From contig JAFGOY010000011.1 in NCBI GenBank assembly GCA_016926255.1, forward strand, positions 70,399 to 134,398: a DNA stretch of 64,000 bases. Reading direction: 5' to 3'. The DNA comes from Anaerolineae bacterium. Lineage in GTDB: Bacteria; Chloroflexota; Anaerolineae; Aggregatilineales; UBA3940. The notes beneath the pieces are model-generated. The model was not told the DNA's origin. It searched no databases and saw only the letters and a list, made by a program, of their open reading frames with translations. The position numbers and the translations under genes were made by a program. Below, one piece after another: positions 60,613 through 64,000 of this stretch. Position 1 is the first letter of the stretch, and each line of letters starts with the position of its first letter.

Positions 60613-63411
60613 ATGTCTGAGCATACCGGCAAACGATTGGTTCTGATCGACGGGCATGGGCTGGCCTACCGGATGTTTTACGCAATTCAGGCCGGAATGT
60701 CCACACGGGCCGGTGAGCCGACCAACGCGACCTACGGTTTTACCCGCCAGGTTCTGAGCCTGATCACCAGCGACGATCCGCCGGACTACCTTGCCGTCAG
60801 CTTCGACGTTGGAAAGACCTTCCGCGATGAGATGTTCGACGATTACAAAGCCACCCGCGAGAAGATGCCCGACGACCTGAGCTTGCAGATCGGGCGAATA
60901 CAGCAGGTGCTCGACGCGCTGAATGTCCCTCACATCGAAATCGAGGGCTATGAAGCCGACGACGTGCTGGGGACAGTCGCGCGGCTGGCCGGGGAGATGG
61001 GTGTCGAAACGCTGATCATTACCGGTGACAAAGACCTGCTGCAACTGGTCAACGAGCATACGCTGGTGCAGCTTCCGGGCCGCAAATCGGGGGAGGACGA
61101 GGTTTACGACATTGATGCCGTGCGGGAGAAAATGGGGATCGCCCCGGCGCAGATTGTCGATTATAAGGCGCTGGTGGGCGACAAATCAGACAATATTCCA
61201 GGCGTGGCCGGTATTGGGGACAAATCGGCAGTATCGCTGCTGAACGAGTACGGCAGTGTGCAGGCGATCTACGAGAACCTCGACGCGATCTCCAGCACCC
61301 GCGCCCGCAATGCATTGATCGGACAGGAAGAGAACGCCGATCTCAGCTACCGGCTGGCGAAGATCGTTACCGACGTGCCGCTCGAATTCGATCTAGAAGC
61401 CTGCCACACGCAGGATTTCGATGTGGATCAGGTGGCGGAAATCTTCCAGGAACTGGAGTTCCGCTCGTTCCTGCGACAGATTCGGGGGACGGATGTTGAG
61501 GCTGCTTCCCCTGCCCCCGGACAGCAGCTTTCCCTTTTCGGCGGAATGATGGGTATCGATGCACCTGCGGCGTCAAACGAATCGGTGACGGAGACACATA
61601 TCATCCGTGACGAAGCGGCGCTCGACGCGCTGGTCAAACGGCTGAACGGCGTAAGGGAAATCGCTTTCGACACAGAAACCACGTCGACCGACCAGATGCA
61701 GGCGCGGCTGGTCGGGATTTCGCTGGCAGTCGAGCCGGGCGAGGCGTATTACATCCCGGTCGGGCACAGCCTGAGTGACGAAGTTCAACTGCCGCTCGAC
61801 CTGGTTATTAAGAAGCTGACACCCCCAATGACCAACCCGGATATCGTCAAGATTGGGCACAACATCAAGTACGACGCGGTGGTGCTGGAACGGCACGGCC
61901 TTAGCGTCACCCCGTTGAGCGTCGATACGATGATCGGCGAATGGCTGCTGCACCCGGAAGCCAGGCTGGGCTTGAAGGCGCTTGCCTTTTCCCTGCTGGG
62001 CGTCGAGATGACCGAGATCAGCGATTTGATCGGCAAGGGAGCCAGGCAGATTACATTCGACCTTGTGCCGGTCGAGCAGGGAGCAGCTTATGCTGCCGCC
62101 GATGCCGACATGACGCTGCGTCTCTCCGAGCCGATACGGGCGGAGATCGAAGAGCAGGAGATTGGAAAGCTGTTCTACGAGATCGAGATGCCGCTGGTCG
62201 GGGTGCTATCGGCGATGGAGCAGGCCGGGGTGCTGGTCGATGTAGGCTTCCTCGAAAATCTGTCGGCAGAACTGGGCGAGCAGTTGGGCGACCGGGTTCG
62301 GCAGGTTTATGAGATCGTGGGCTATGACTTCAACCTCAACTCGACGCAGCAGTTGAGCGATGCGCTGTTCAAGAACCTTCAACTCCCAACGCAGGGATTA
62401 CGCAAGACCAAGAGCGGTCACTACTCGACCGCCGCCGACGTGCTCGAAGGGCTGCGCGATCAGGATACCACCGGCGTGATCGAGGCGATTCTCGACTACC
62501 GCGAGATGGAAAAGCTCCGCTCGACCTACCTCGATGCGCTGCCGCAGCTTGTCAACCCGGAGACGGGACGAATCCACACCTCGTTCAACCAGACGGGGAC
62601 GGTCACCGGGCGGATCAGCTCCAGCGATCCGAATCTGCAAAACATCCCGATCCGCAGCGAGGTGGGCCGCCGGGTGCGTGAGGCTTTTGTCGCCGCGTCG
62701 GGCCATATGCTGATCGGCGCGGACTATTCACAGGTCGAGCTGCGGGTGATGGCGCACATGGCCGATGATCCGGCGCTGCGGCAGGCGTTCCTGGATGATC
62801 AGGACATCCACGCCACGACCGCCGCAACGGTGTTCAACATTCCCCTGAACGAGGTGACGCCCAACCAGCGCAGTTTCGCCAAGGCGGTAAACTTCGGGCT
62901 GATGTACGGCATGGGGGCTTTCCGGCTGGCACGGGACTCGGAACTGACGCTGTCCGAGTCCGAGGCATTCATCAAGACCTACTTCGAACGGTTCCCAAAA
63001 GTGCGGGAATACCTCGACGGGACGCGCAGGCAGGCCGCTGAATGTGGTTATGTCGAGACACTGCTGGGGCGTCGGCGGTACTTCCCGATCCTGTCCTCGA
63101 CCGACACCAGCCAGCGGGCAAACATCGAGCGGCGGGCGGCGGAGCGCGAAGCGGTCAACATGCCGATCCAGGGCACTGCTGCTGACATCATCAAGATTGC
63201 GATGATCAGGCTGCATGATGCGCTGCGTGATCGCGGACTGAGCGGGCAAATGCTGATCCAGGTACATGACGAGCTAATCCTCGAAGCGCCGGAAGACGAG
63301 ATCGAAGAGACGGCGGCGCTGGTCAAAAATGTAATGGAGAACGCGTACCCGCTTTCGGTGCCGCTCAAGGTCGATGCGCATGTCGGAGAGAACTGGGGCG
63401 AGTTGAAGTAA
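60613..63411 (+). CDS. polA: DNA polymerase I
   Basis: 5'-exonuclease (LIDGH, YEADD), 3'-exonuclease (FDTET), polymerase (DYSQVELR, AKAVNFGLMYG, QVHDEL); ATG at 60613 with a GGAGG RBS. Confidence 0.98.
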   Translation: MSEHTGKRLVLIDGHGLAYRMFYAIQAGMSTRAGEPTNATYGFTRQVLSLITSDDPPDYLAVSFDVGKTFRDEMFDDYKATREKMPDDLSLQIGRIQQVLDALNVPHIEIEGYEADDVLGTVARLAGEMGVETLIITGDKDLLQLVNEHTLVQLPGRKSGEDEVYDIDAVREKMGIAPAQIVDYKALVGDKSDNIPGVAGIGDKSAVSLLNEYGSVQAIYENLDAISSTRARNALIGQEENADLSYRLAKIVTDVPLEFDLEACHTQDFDVDQVAEIFQELEFRSFLRQIRGTDVEAASPAPGQQLSLFGGMMGIDAPAASNESVTETHIIRDEAALDALVKRLNGVREIAFDTETTSTDQMQARLVGISLAVEPGEAYYIPVGHSLSDEVQLPLDLVIKKLTPPMTNPDIVKIGHNIKYDAVVLERHGLSVTPLSVDTMIGEWLLHPEARLGLKALAFSLLGVEMTEISDLIGKGARQITFDLVPVEQGAAYAAADADMTLRLSEPIRAEIEEQEIGKLFYEIEMPLVGVLSAMEQAGVLVDVGFLENLSAELGEQLGDRVRQVYEIVGYDFNLNSTQQLSDALFKNLQLPTQGLRKTKSGHYSTAADVLEGLRDQDTTGVIEAILDYREMEKLRSTYLDALPQLVNPETGRIHTSFNQTGTVTGRISSSDPNLQNIPIRSEVGRRVREAFVAASGHMLIGADYSQVELRVMAHMADDPALRQAFLDDQDIHATTAATVFNIPLNEVTPNQRSFAKAVNFGLMYGMGAFRLARDSELTLSESEAFIKTYFERFPKVREYLDGTRRQAAECGYVETLLGRRRYFPILSSTDTSQRANIERRAAEREAVNMPIQGTAADIIKIAMIRLHDALRDRGLSGQMLIQVHDELILEAPEDEIEETAALVKNVMENAYPLSVPLKVDAHVGENWGELK

Positions 63412-63415
63412 GGGC

Positions 63416-63470
63416 ATTTATCCGCTAATTGCGCGAATTACACGAATTTTTTCTGCTCGCTGCCGCTCGC
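63416..63470 (+). repeat. Interspersed ~55-bp repeat, copy 2
   Basis: ATTTATCCGCTAATTGCGCGAATTACACGAATT..TGCTCGCTGCCGCTCGC. Confidence 0.7.
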
Positions 63471-63583
63471 GGTAAGCATTCTAAGAGGATTATCGTAATT
63501 GTCAGTTTTGGGTTGGTAGTGGACGCAATGGGCAGTATACTTGGGCCGATCTGAACACTCTGATCGTCTCAGGATAACAACCA

Positions 63584-64000
63584 ATGAGCAAATGTATTGT
63601 CGTGATGCCCGCCTACAACGCCGCCCAGACGCTCGTCTGGACGTACGCGTCGATTCCCAAAGACAAGATCGACGAAGTGATCCTGGTCGATGATGGCAGC
63701 GGTGACGACACGGCTGATGTCGCGCGGCGGCTGGGGCTGAACGTGATCGTCCACCCACACAACGCCGGGTATGGGGCTAATCAGAAGACCTGCTACATGG
63801 AAGCCCTGCGGCTGGGCGCGGACATCGTGATCATGCTTCACCCGGATGGACAGTACGACCCGGCGGTGATCCCCGATTTGATCAGGGCTATCGAGAATGG
63901 CGAAGGCGATATGGTTCTGGCCTCGCGCTTCCTCGATCCGGATGGGCCGCTCAAGGGCGGGATGCCCTTCTACAAGTATCTGGCGAATCGCTTCCTGACG
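63584..64000 (+). CDS. Glycosyltransferase family 2 (3'-truncated; absent from the ORF track)
   Basis: Own translation: MSKCIVVMPAYNAAQTL...VILVDDGS...NAGYGANQKT...MLHPDGQY. Confidence 0.88.
   Translation, partial: MSKCIVVMPAYNAAQTLVWTYASIPKDKIDEVILVDDGSGDDTADVARRLGLNVIVHPHNAGYGANQKTCYMEALRLGADIVIMLHPDGQYDPAVIPDLIRAIENGEGDMVLASRFLDPDGPLKGGMPFYKYLANRFLT

Overview
GC-rich bacterial chromosomal window; the gene set, LexA-box type and protein C-termini suggest Chloroflexota/Anaerolineae (inference). Bases <1-31538 hold the 3' part of one giant (>10,500 aa) acidic RTX/Ca-binding-repeat surface protein with a Trp-repeat C-terminal domain. After it come a solo intact tyrosine recombinase and a cluster rich in DNA repair/replication genes (nurA-HAS barrel-herA, a catalytically degenerate Xer-like protein, polX, ATL, PHP, uvrB, nth, polA). 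These are mixed with housekeeping genes (rlmI-like, mscS, LCP, lipoate ligase, cNMP-PP2C, acyl-CoA carboxylase operon, fhs, pcm, GT2). The most striking non-coding feature is the fhs-pcm intergenic region (~59390-59700). It has the architecture of a chromosomal replication origin: about 13 phased variant DnaA boxes (YTTTCAACA), ending in a tandem box pair, a GCC spacer and DnaA-trio-like repeats. Two NrdR-box-like palindromes 32 bp apart sit inside it, with no dnaA or nrd gene nearby. LexA-like boxes precede nurA, uvrB and polA, and three proteins carry beta-clamp-binding-like motifs.
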